A program made the translations under genes and the position numbers. The notes below the pieces were generated by a model that was not told where the DNA came from, did not search any database, and worked only from the letters and a program-made list of their open reading frames with translations. A DNA stretch of 64,000 nt from Octopus bimaculoides (lineage: Eukaryota): assembly GCF_001194135.2 (NCBI RefSeq), contig NC_068992.1, positions 13,482,200 to 13,546,199 on the forward strand, given 5' to 3'. Below, piece by piece: positions 52,831-64,000 of this stretch (position 1 is the first letter of the stretch; each line of letters starts with the position of its first letter).

Positions 52831-53237
52831 GTAATGTAAATAATATAGATTTGGATGTTCAGTCTCTTTCAGTAGTTTCCGATTCATCCTGATAATGTAA
52901 AATCTAAAATCCGTCTAACAAATAGAACATATTGGATAATTTTCTTCTGGTTACACATTGTCATTGAATGTGCGACTGGATGGCCACTTGAAAGATTCGC
53001 TTAACGTGTGGTTCATCACATACTGGCAGAAGAGTTAGGTAAGATACCTGAACAAACAATTTTCCCTGATTCGTGAATTTCTCAAAGGTCGATAGCACGA
53101 TGGTAAGATGCACAAGTTTCTACCAAAGAAAGTGAACGCTAAAAAAGAAAAGAGCAATAAATATAGTCGCTCTTTTAAAAAAATGCTGGTAATAATTTCT
53201 GTTCACATTTTGAGCAAGCGTATTACGATGCTCGTAT

Positions 53238-53290
53238 AGGCGAGTGCAAGGAAAGGCGAGTGCAAAGAAAGGCGAGTGCAAAGAAAGGCG
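53238..53290. repeat. 16-bp GC-rich tandem repeat x3 plus partial copy
   Basis: aggcgagtgcaa(g/a)gaa at 53238, 53254 and 53270. Confidence 0.9.
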
Positions 53291-53823
53291 CGCGCTTCTT
53301 TCTCAATCGGAATCTGTCTTCTTTGCGATGTCCGTGCTCCAGTAGACTGCTATACATAAATTTGCTTTCTGCTCACACGGATAAGGGGTTACAGATTGTT
53401 AGACTCAAAAAGAATGGATTTATATTATGTCCAAGATATAACCATTAACCTTTATAAAAATGCAGATACCAGTAGCATATGTCCTACAATGAAACACAAA
53501 AAGAAGAGACTGTTTCCTACATTAATACTAGTAAATTTTAATAGATCCACAAATAACAACAACCGATTCTACGAGATGTTGAATAAAATTTAGAAGGCTA
53601 TGTAAGCTGATCAAATACTACACAGCTTCTCTGCAAGGATTGAGAGGAAAGTCAAATCTCAGCAAAATATGGAAACATAAGTAAAGAGAAAACCAGAAAA
53701 AGTACTTCATTTTTGGGACACCTTCATTTTAGTATTCTTCCATTACCTAGTAGGTAAATGGATATGAAAGTAAACAGATAGCCTTAGGGATAGATAGGTA
53801 CATAGGTAATATGAACAGACAAG

Positions 53824-53855
<32 letters not shown>

Positions 53856-54306
53856 CATACATACANNNNNNNNNNNNNNNNNNNNNNNNNNNNNNNNNNN
53901 NNNNNNNNNNNNNNNNNNNNNNNNNNNNNNNNNNNNNNNNNNNNNNNNNNNNNNNNNNNNNNNNNNNNNNNNNNNNNNNNNNNNNNNNNNNNNNNNNNNN
54001 NNNNNNNNNNNNNNNNNNNNNNNNNNNNNNNNNNNNNNNNNNNNNNNNNNNNNNNNNNNNNNNNNNNNNNNNNNNNNNNNNNNNNNNNNNNNNNNNNNNN
54101 NNNNNNNNNNNNNNNNNNNNNNNNNNNNNNNNNNNNNNNNNNNNNNNNNNNNNNNNNNNNNNNNNNNNNNNNNNNNNNNNNNNNNNNNNNNNNNNNNNNN
54201 NNNNNNNNNNNNNNNNNNNNNNNNNNNNNNNNNNNNNNNNNNNNNNNNNNNNNNNNNNNNNNNNNNNNNNNNNNNNATTGCACGCTCACAAACAGACTCG
54301 TATGTT

Positions 54307-54337
<31 letters not shown>

Positions 54338-55034
54338 ACCTGTGTACATATACATATGAGTGTATATGCATGTGTCTGCTTACTCATGTAGTGATATTTT
54401 CATAAGTAAGATAACAAGAATTGAATATACAAAATGGAAGTTACGGTTAGATAAACATATAAACGTATGTGACGGCAAAGCAGATCATCATGCTGGTATT
54501 GATTATCGTCTGCAATTAATAATCTCATTACAATTATAGATGGAAGTATTAGTTTAATCTTTAGTATCTAAGCAAACATCTTTAGAAAGGAAGAAACGAT
54601 TAACTACATTGTTGACAGATAAGTTTATATTAAGTGTACGACATTGCATTTAATGTTCCTATGTCCTTTGTTAATTGCCAGATTCGTAGAAGTAAATATA
54701 ATTAGAGAGGAACATGTGATTTTCAGTTCATAAAGACCCAGAAATCGACTTACACACATTCAGTCACACTCGTACATATATAAGTATGTGTGTAATACGA
54801 ACGAGAAGATAAAGGCGTTTAAGTAAATGGGTAATTAGTGACAAGGGTATATTTGGTTTGTTTTAAATACACTGCATATAGAGCTAGATATATGAATAAT
54901 TTATTATTATTATTATTATTATTGTGAGAAACGAAGCACTGAATCATGAACTAGAAGGCAAGTAAACCCTAGCGCATGGATAATGCTACAACCAAGCAGA
55001 AAATATCATGTTATATATTTGCATACACATAAAC

Positions 55035-55079
<45 letters not shown>

Positions 55080-55084
55080 CATAT

Positions 55085-55185
55085 ATGAGAGAGTGCTGAA
55101 AAGTTCCTGGCTTTAAGAGTATCGTTAAAGGCCTGGTTAAAGGCCTACGCTTTCTTTTAAAGGGCTTAGAAAAACTGAGGTGAAA
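55085..55185 (+). mobile_element. Mariner-derived non-autonomous element (TIR fused to transposase C-terminal remnant)
   Basis: tatgagagagtgctgaaaagttcctggcttt is mariner-TIR-like, followed by AWLKA...agggcttagaaaaactga. Confidence 0.6.
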
Positions 55186-55229
55186 TAATAGTGCTGTGCT
55201 GTTATTATGTGATGCAAGTATGACTTATG

Positions 55230-55385
55230 TCATGGGCGGATAGCACGGGGTCCGAATCTTCGGTGTATCATAAAGGCGATGCCAACATCATTTGGGCAAT
55301 GCTGATGGAATATTTTCCACATCATATAGATGAGGTAGCGCTCAGGGCGGCGTTGGAGCGAATAAGATTGAACTTTTCCAGTCGA
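55230..55385 (-). mobile_element. CR1-clade LINE fragment (family 2), cut by a gap
   Basis: RLEKFNL / SLQRRPERYLIYMMWKIFHQHCPNDVGIAFMIHRRFGPRAIRP, matching CR1 LxxLxLYSLQRRRERY. Confidence 0.85.
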
Positions 55386-56575
55386 NNNNNNNNNNNNNNN
55401 NNNNNNNNNNNNNNNNNNNNNNNNNNNNNNNNNNNNNNNNNNNNNNNNNNNNNNNNNNNNNNNNNNNNNNNNNNNNNNNNNNNNNNNNNNNNNNNNNNNN
55501 NNNNNNNNNNNNNNNNNNNNNNNNNNNNNNNNNNNNNNNNNNNNNNNNNNNNNNNNNNNNNNNNNNNNNNNATATATATCCCTGGAACTTCCCAGGAAGT
55601 CCCATCCTCGGAACTTTCTAGGAAGTAGTTCATCCTCGGTGTAAGCCTTTCCAACGGAACATTATCAAATAGTGGGTGACAATATATGGTAGCCACGGTC
55701 ACAGAAGTTTACTTAGCTTTTATGTACGTTTAATAAATTGCTAGCAAAAACACAGGAATCAAAGATATGTCGGCCTATCTTGTACTTCTATCACATCAAT
55801 CAAAAACCTCGCCAGACATACATTACTTTCGATCCAACAAATGAAAATGTTTCACAAGAGATGTTGCTTTCGGTTAAATGAAAACGATTACATGATTTCC
55901 ATTGAAGAAAGTTTATTAAAGTTGCGTGTAATTGTATGGTACTCCAGTTTTAATTCTGGAGTACTATTATTTCATTTACGCAATTCGTTTATATTTTCTA
56001 AGATTGATACGATGTCACACACCTTTAAGGAAGGGATAATTATAAACTTAAAAGCTAGAACAGAATCAAATACATGTGCAATATTTTATCGAATACTAAA
56101 TCTGTCAAATTAAAATAATTACACAAAAAATCATTTACTTAGTATGGTACCACTTTATTTTGATCAACCGCAATGAAGCCTGTGGGAAATTAATGATAGT
56201 CATTAATTCAGACTTCCTAAATGCGACAAATAATTACTTTTCTCTAGCTCACATACATAACATAGCATAGTGATATCTCTTAGTTACAAAAAAAAAAAAT
56301 AGAACCAAATACAAACTACATCTCATTTTCAATAAAGTAAACCTTTTAAAGTTTCCATAAGACTACATAACCATTTGCGTCCGAATAGATATATATATAT
56401 GTGNNNNNNNNNNTAGATAGATAGATAGATAGATCGATAGATCGATAGATAGATAGATAGATACATACATAGATACATATATATACGCGTGTTCATACAA
56501 ACACTCACATATACTTATGTCTGCATGTTGTTGTGCGTGATAGTGTATATATCTATCTGTTAACTCATACACAAA

Positions 56576-56616
<41 letters not shown>

Positions 56617-56895
56617 ATATGCACATACACACACATACACANNNNNNNNNNGTGTATATGCACATACACACACATACACACTCATATATATATATATATA
56701 TATATATTGCCTATCTCGGTACTTCGATTTATTACCACAAGTACAATCACTTTAATTAATTGGTAAAATTCTTTGGAAACGCATTATATTTGACGTCGGC
56801 TTCTGTAATTTAAATAGACAGGTACTTACTTTTCAGGAAGAAAGCTGTTAGTCAGTACATTCTCGCATTATAACCCGACTCTTTTGTTTTAAGAG

Positions 56896-56938
<43 letters not shown>

Positions 56939-57476
56939 ATTATTATTACTATTACCCGTCTTAATATATTTGTTGGTGCTTCTGTTCCCTTTGCTCTAGT
57001 TAATATTATTTATTTTATATTAGTCTGTCTGCTAACAGACTTAAGTATTTTTATCTTATTTCATTATATTAGTTGTGAAGTGATTGCTATATATGATTTG
57101 GGTTTTTCGAAATAACAAGATAAAAATCTGACTTTTTTTTTTAAATCACGTTAAAATATAATCATTTACATAATTGTTTCATGTCTCCAATTTTGTCTTT
57201 TTCCTATAACGAGTCACTAAATGCAAAGCTCTCTTTAAAAATAAATTTATTGACATTGATTGTATTAGTGGCACCAACTTATTGAATGCAATTACTTGTT
57301 GTCTGCACATACAGTGTTTTATGGAGTACAATTTATGATGGTGTTTTGTTTTTGTTTTTCAAATGTGTTTTATTACAAGATAGCATAAATATTCTGATTC
57401 AAGTAAAGAGTTTTTTTCTGTAATACTAAACTTCGGCAAAGTGCGGATGGTGATGTTGGATAACGCATATTTTGTT

Positions 57477-57566
57477 GGCTCTCATGCCCCGTAGACCTCG
57501 TTCGCCTTAACGAGGAATGCTACATAAATGTAGCTGAGCGATATTGAGCCCATCTTTGGATGGGAC
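57477..57566. other. Compact cassette of three perfect stem-loops (candidate structured RNA/DNA element)
   Basis: CCTCGTT/AACGAGG (57496-57515), GCTACA/TGTAGC (57519-57534), CCCATC/GATGGG (57549-57564); possible enclosing GGCTC/GAGCC or CTCA/TGAG helix. Confidence 0.45.
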
Positions 57567-58004
57567 AAACATTATATAGGGATTTTGAAAATAAGTTTGT
57601 TCATTTTGATGACAAGTTACACTGTAGCATTACAACAAAATGTTGATTTCCGACGTGTTCTAAATACGTTATCCGTCGATGGGCGTCTGTGTGTGTGTGC
57701 ACATAAATTATAAATATATTATAAGTAATTATAATTAATTATAAACAATGGGGTACAAGGAAAATGGAGGTTGCAAGAATGTTTATTCAAATCAACGATC
57801 GTTTCGACCTATCCTACAACTGTCCCTTGCGGGCAGGATATAACATATGACACATGAACCACACTTTATGGTGGTTGCTTTTATCTAGATTTTTATGGGT
57901 ACGTTAGTAGTTTTTCGTTGCATCGAAATCAATATTCAAGGAAAACCACATGTATATGAAGGACAATGTACAAGTAGTTGTACACGCTCCTGCACATTAG
58001 AATC

Positions 58005-58275
58005 CGGTTAAGCTGGAGTATCGCCTCAAAATGTTTTTGTCGAAAGAATCGGTCATTTCAAAGCTTATAATTCTACTGAAATTTTATGCCGAACGGATAT
58101 TCTCAATGGACAAACTGACACTGCTCAGCAAGTGAAAGGGGACAAGCACAAACACAAAAGCACACACACACACACACATATAAATATACTAGTAAATATA
58201 CAAATATACATATAGGACAGGTTTATAACTTTCCTTCTACCAACTCCACACACAAGGCTTTGTTCCACTTCATGG
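58005..58275 (-). mobile_element. SINE family A, diverged
   Basis: gctggagtatcgcct...gtcgaaagaatcg...ggggacaagcacaaacac...ctaccaactccacacacaaggcttt. Confidence 0.65.
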
Positions 58276-58292
58276 TTCAAACCGTTGCTTAC

Positions 58293-58347
58293 CTTTTACT
58301 CAACTTGATATTTCCCGGATATATCGCATAATTTCTTTCATGTTTTG
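58293..58347 (-). CDS. Candidate minus-strand exon X (phase 1 to 2)
   Basis: ctgattttcccgcag acceptor; ag|gtaagc donor; only open frame (x)KHERNYAIYPGNIKLSK(R). Confidence 0.32.
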
Positions 58348-60418
58348 CTGCGGGAAAATCAGCAATTTTTCAGCTTTCACTTTTGTACACATCCAATTTA
58401 CCTTACGGATACTTCCTCCTTGACGTATACATGTACGATTTCACTTCAATTCCAAATATTGAACTGAGATGTAGTTTGATTTAAGATTTCAAATTTATTC
58501 TCTCCTCACTTGGTAAAAATTCGAAGATTTTCACATCCAAATTCCCTATATCAGGCTTTTAATTGTATTTCTTATTTTGCACGCGTGGTTTCTCTAATAA
58601 AACACACGCTATAAAAGTGTGTATACCCAAGCGTTCATATCATCAGATACAGCAAGATGAAGGTGAAAATGGGTAGTATGATATGATATATATTTTCCCC
58701 ATATTCAATGGTATGGTGGGCAACTGCTAATTAACTCATTTTTAAAGGAATTATATTCCGAGAAAGAATTAGTGTTCCACACTAAGATCTAGACATGTTT
58801 CGAGATCTAGACATGTTTCTTGTGTAGTATCAGTCTGATTATATGCCAGTTATACATCGTTACTTTGAGACCATGGACTCTATTTATGCTTTATAATGTA
58901 TTTTTTGTTGTTGTTTTGTTTGTTTTTTGCCAACAGTTTGTAGTCGATGGAGAAATTCATTTACATGCAGTTGCGCTGGATTGTAGCTTATTTTGTTGTC
59001 TTTAAAGATTTGCAGATCTCAGTGACAACTTTAATATTATTTTACTCTTTGAACTCTAGCCAGGCCTTCTGCATTTCCGCCCTTTGATTATGGGTGTTTT
59101 TTTTTCTGTCTTTTTTTCTTTTTATATGAAAGATATTTCAATAAACGTATGAAGTGCAGAAATGTATATATACGTTATAATCTGGATCATCCTAGCGACA
59201 TGTAAAGATGCAATTATAAAGGTGTGAGTATTAAACTAGATACGGTTTTTTGGGGGGTTTTTTTACGGATCCATCTTTAAGGTTAGCATTCTTAGACGCT
59301 GTTTATTTAGTATACTACGTCTAGTTACAACAGTATATTGCTGAGTCGTAATATTTACATTTTAACTCGTTAGAAATGCATGAATTACTGTTGTTTGTAA
59401 TGTACTATATAGTATCAGGCGGCTCTTTATATTTATGTAAATATATTGGTTGTAAATTAGGGATACAATATTTACGAGGCTTGTGCAGAGGATCTTATGT
59501 ATATTTGTTAACGTTTATACGTAAATGTGTATGCGTGCGTGCACGTGTGTGTGTATTTTGTGCGAGAGACCTTATGAAATTGGAATTTTGTCTTCCTCAT
59601 GTACTGACAGCGACGTACACCCCCCTACGCAACAAACTTCCTAAGCATCAAAATTCATTCTCAAATTTAGTTTAGATTCGTGTTATCCTTGGAGACAAGT
59701 TATATATATGAAAATTAATTGAAAATAGATTTTGTTCTTTGAAGGGTGTTAATAAACGGCGTCAGACTAATAAAATTTCCGTTTAAGCCAAAACCAATTC
59801 GGATTTCTTTCAGTGAAGTTGCAAACAATAAATATATCAGCAACAATAGAGGAGGATAGTCAAATATGTTCATTATATTTAACACACAGACGCCGACATA
59901 AGTGAAACTTACAAAACGTTAAAACGTTTTGTTCCCTACGACAATTGAACCGATGGTCTATCGAAATAAAATCCAAAATTACATTAAAGTTTTCTTAGTA
60001 TTAAATGTTAAAGTTTTTTGCACGCAGTGAAAGTGAATGCACATCAGCACAAGCTTACGACGTCACGACAATATATATACAAGGTTATGGCTCATAATGT
60101 CAATCAACTGACGAATTTTATTTGGAAATTATGTAGCCAGACACTTAGACGCAATATTAAGACTATGTTTTATTAAGTAAAATATGAATATATCAGCATT
60201 TTGAAGCACGAACATTCGACGTTATCATGGCGTCTCTTAATGGTGGAAGGAAAATTTAGGTAATACATTTTTTTTAATGTGCAGCTGCAAAAGACACATT
60301 ACTCCAACATCAGCATCATCATCTGAGAAATTGCTCTCCCAGAAAAAAGAAAAACTGATATATTTCACTACGGCTATATTTCTCGGATGTTACTTTTTTG
60401 TTTCATTATCTATGTCAG

Positions 60419-60499
60419 TTCTTCGAGTCGGTATATACAACTATAATTTTCTTGACTTAGTGTACTTTGTGGGATATCAGGGATGTAAATTCGATTCAG
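60419..60499 (+). CDS. Candidate exon (phase 1 to 1; alternative acceptor at 60461)
   Basis: Pyrimidine tract and cag acceptor; cag|gtaaga donor; only open frame (V)LRVGIYNYNFLDLVYFVGYQGCKFDS(G). Confidence 0.35.
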
Positions 60500-62117
60500 G
60501 TAAGACCTGCTATTTTCGGTTTTTTAAGGCGTGGTTAGATATGCTGCTAAGTGTTATTTTCACCTGATTTCTCAGCTGAACTGTTCTCCTGGTCGAAGAC
60601 ATTATGATTTTATTAACGTGGACCTTCTTATTGTCCGTTTTATAGGAGAGCGTTCAGATGTAAACCTGGCTCGCTTTAGATATCGCTTATGAAAATGATA
60701 GCAATTCATAGATATCTATTACGTATGGGTAGATGTTCCACGGTTCGTGATCTACTAAGTTTGGTGCGCCTGTACTTATAGGGCATTTTTTTTTCTTGGA
60801 CGGGAGGTCAAATTGTATATTCATTTAAAACATTTTCATTTCATGCTGCCCTGTCTAATCTACTTTAAAAAAAACCAAAACAGTTCAAGTTAAATGCAGA
60901 CTCTCCCTTTCGTACATTTTCATAATTGTCAAGGACGAGAATGTAACCGCGTCAACACTTAGACATTTTTCGAAAACCATGATTCTACTACATACACTAC
61001 CTTCCAGCAGAAGGATATGATTTACAGATTTGGAGAAGTACATGAGAACTCACTTCAGAATATCGAACATTCAGTTTTGATTATAATTCACATCAACATG
61101 CTTTAGTTTCGTGAACGAAATCCTCGTTTTTAATATAGGCGTCTCTAATAGATTCGATTAAAAGTGAAGACATTTCCTCATAACTGTATAGCGTGGAGGT
61201 TTGATAAAATGCGACAAAGACTCGAAATTAAATGCATGGTTGTAGTTTGTAACTGTTTCCGCAATTGGAAGTGAAATGTTCATTCCCACTATCTAAACTT
61301 GTCTAAACCTAATAAACACCAGAATTTATAATGATGCCATAACGCTAAAATCTACCAAACTGCAGTGCAGAGATTGTGCTTCAGATAGAATTACCATTTT
61401 AAATACGAAAATAGCAAACGGCAAGAATATCTCTTAGATCAGACATATATGCATGATAAATCACATCATTTCATCTGGCATTTACAACAGCGAAACTTTG
61501 CCGCACGTTATATCACAGATAATGACATACACAAGAGGAAAATATGAACATTAGGTCCAAATAAATAAGTTGTGTATATAATGCCACAAGAGATGAAAAT
61601 AATTAGCAATTGAAGCTTCAATAAACACTGCATGTTTAAATATTATTGCGAAAATACAGCGCATCATATCAATATGAAAATGAGTCATTTGTTGAAAGCA
61701 GGACGTACACATTCGTTGGAATTTATAGCATGCGATTACTATGTTATCAATAACAATATAAATCCTGCAATATTTTCTGCTCCATATTGAATTAGATGAT
61801 GGTAATTTTGAAAACGTTACTAACGAATGATTCATTCAAAATATATGTTAGAAATGGTTCCGAGTTGTTGATTGACAACAGTTCACAATTATATGTAGAA
61901 GGCAAATAAAAAGAATAAAAACTAGTATGAAATGATTATTAATGAAATACTACACGATTAGGCTCTAGATAGAAATTATAATATGAAAAACTCTATTCAA
62001 GCAGGTGTTAGTGGAATGTAAGCGTGCCAGGCTATGTTTAATGAATAATGTACACTTCAATGATTTAGTGTTCAATTTGCTATCTTTCAGCACCATGAGA
62101 TAGATCAGGTTATGATA

Positions 62118-62325
62118 TTTAAATTTGGGCACAAGGTCAGCAATTTTGGAGGCGGTATATCGATGACATAGACCCTAGTATTTCAATAGTATTTATTTTA
62201 TTGACTCCGAAACGACGAAAGACAAAGTTGACATCGGTGGAACTTGAACTCGGAATGAAAAGATAGACCAAGTGCCGCTAAGCAATTTATTCGATTTGCT
62301 AACCATTCTGCTATCTCGCTGCCTC
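62118..62325 (-). mobile_element. SINE family B, diverged
   Basis: gggcacaaggtcagcaattttgg...gactccgaaacgacgaaagacaaagttgacatcggtggaacttgaactc...ccgctaagca. Confidence 0.8.
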
Positions 62326-62433
62326 ACAACACTTTACAATATGGCACATATAAAGAAGTGGCACACAAACACACAGTCGATAATATAATTATCCATCTAT
62401 TTCTATCTAACTATATCTAATTTATCTATCTGT

Positions 62434-62697
62434 GCGTGGAGGTGCAATGGCTCAGTTGTTAGGGCAGCGGACTGACGGTCGTGGGATTGCGGTTTCGATT
62501 CCCAGACCGGTCGTTGTGAGTATTTATTGAGCGAAAACACCTAAAGCTCCACGGATGTCCGGCAAGTGGTGGTGGTGAACCCTGCTGTACTCTTTCACCA
62601 AAACTTTCTCCCACTCTTTCTTCCTGTTTCTGTTGTACTTGTATTTCAAATGGCTAGCCTTGTCACACAATGTGTCAGGCTGAACTTCCCCGAAGAC
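62434..62697 (+). mobile_element. SINE family C, 3'-truncated
   Basis: Collinear with 47389-47645 and stops at ccccgaagac. Confidence 0.9.
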
Positions 62698-63262
62698 CTA
62701 TCCACTCTTCTACAGAATACTTTATTGAAATACGACCTGGACGATCCGATATGCTTGGTCCATGTCCACGTTGGCACATTCGGGTAGTCCAGTCGGTACC
62801 TGTTACTCAGTTGGTAACGTCTGAGCAGGTATTTGAGGCAATTGCGTCCCCTTCTCTCCCTATTTCTACCTACATAGTCTAAATGCGTGTCCAAGTTAGC
62901 GTTTCAATCCCCCCACTAAAGGTAAATGTCTAGACCTTCCCACGAAAACCTCTAAATGTCGAAGGAAATCCGGCCGACTAAATAAGGACCGTGCCTACAG
63001 TGATATAAGTCTGAAAGCACGCCCATTACTGACATCGACATCCAAGACGACTGGTATAACCTTCGGGTCTAGGAATATTGCCCTTACATGGAGAGCCAGA
63101 TACTTTCGAAAAAGCACGGCAGTACAACCACCACCCATTCTCGTCAGACACGGGTAAAAATAATTCTCAAATTGTTTGTCAAACATGGGCTGGAGGATAT
63201 GTGCTTTCCCTTTCCACACGTTCGGAAGGAATGCCTGCATGAATGTATTGTCGTTGTTTTCC
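62698..63262 (-). mobile_element. L1/Tx1-clade APE endonuclease relic
   Basis: GGGCTAVLFRK...VVLDVD...FRLISL*A...GD*NANLDTHLDY...LSNRYRLDYPNVPTWTW...SRSYFNKVFC correspond to the APE motifs GGxAxL, YAP, GDFN and SRLDRIF. Confidence 0.85.
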
Positions 63263-64000
63263 AATTGTGTGTGTATGTGTGTGAAAGTGAACTGATATTT
63301 TCCTTTTTATTTGTTGTCATTTGCAACAAAGTAAATTTCTCGTCGAAATTGGCTACTCAGACACTTTTGATCTCAGAATGGCCAGCTTTGTTCTTTTTTT
63401 TTTCTTTTTTCACAAACAAGATTTTTATAGATGCAATTTTTAAATCCGCGNNNNNNNNNNNNNNNNNNNNNNNNNNNNNNNNNNNNNNNNNNNNNNNNNN
63501 NNNNNNNNNNNNNNNNNNNNNNNNNNNNNNNNNNNNNNNNNNNNNNNNNNNNNNNNNNNNNNNNNNNNNNNNNNNNNNNNNNNNNNNNNNNNNNNNNNNN
63601 NNNNNNNNNNNNNNNNNNNNNNNNNNNNNNNNNNNNNNNNNNNNNNNNNNNNNNNNNNNNNNNNNNNNNNNNNNNNNNNNNNNNNNNNNNNNNNNNNNNN
63701 NNNNNNNNNNNNNNNNNNNNNNNNNNNNNNNNNNNNNNNNNNNNNNNNNNNNNNNNNNNNNNNNNNNNNNNNNNNNNNNNNNNNNNNNNNNNNNNNNNNN
63801 NNNNNNNNNNNNNNNNNNNNNNNNNNNNNNNNNNNNNNNNNNNNNNNNNNNNNNNNNNNNNNNNNNNATTAGCGTGTGTATTTGTTTTTTCCCCACTATT
63901 TCTTTATTATGAATGAACATTTATAGACAAGTGAGTATCCTCGCATGTGAATATTTTATAATTATTATTCCATACAAGAATTATCTAGAGATATCTTTGT

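Noticed and set aside
52900-53045. RVVHHILAEELG|gtaaga (mariner HTH-like or exon)
   Set aside because: In-frame stop just upstream and no further mariner motifs; cannot be distinguished from chance
40754-58819. Short tandem duplications of 18 bp (40754-40789; 58785-58819)
   Set aside because: Ordinary slippage duplications with no further structure

Overview
AT-rich eukaryotic genomic DNA with dense microsatellites and about 19 N-gaps, most of them flanked by simple repeats. The repeat families recall those of Octopus (coleoid cephalopod); this is inferred from memory of the repeat sequences and was not checked against a database. There is no intact long ORF; nearly all entries in the ORF track come from microsatellites, N-runs or chance. 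The recognisable content is decayed mobile DNA: three tRNA-derived SINE families, non-LTR retroelement fragments (L1/Tx1, RTE, CR1, R4/Dong-like, Penelope-like), DNA transposon relics (mariner, hAT, possibly MULE-OTU), a Helentron-associated HINE-like element and a small MITE-like element. Several short splice-signal-bounded open frames could be exons of an unidentified gene (low confidence). The most unusual structures are an ~825-bp local inverted duplication carrying a SINE (39332-40156), a 153-bp fold-back palindrome (45184-45336), a compact three-hairpin cassette (57477-57566) and a Penelope-type hammerhead ribozyme split by an inversion (52690-52830). All assignments are by-eye translation and pattern recognition.
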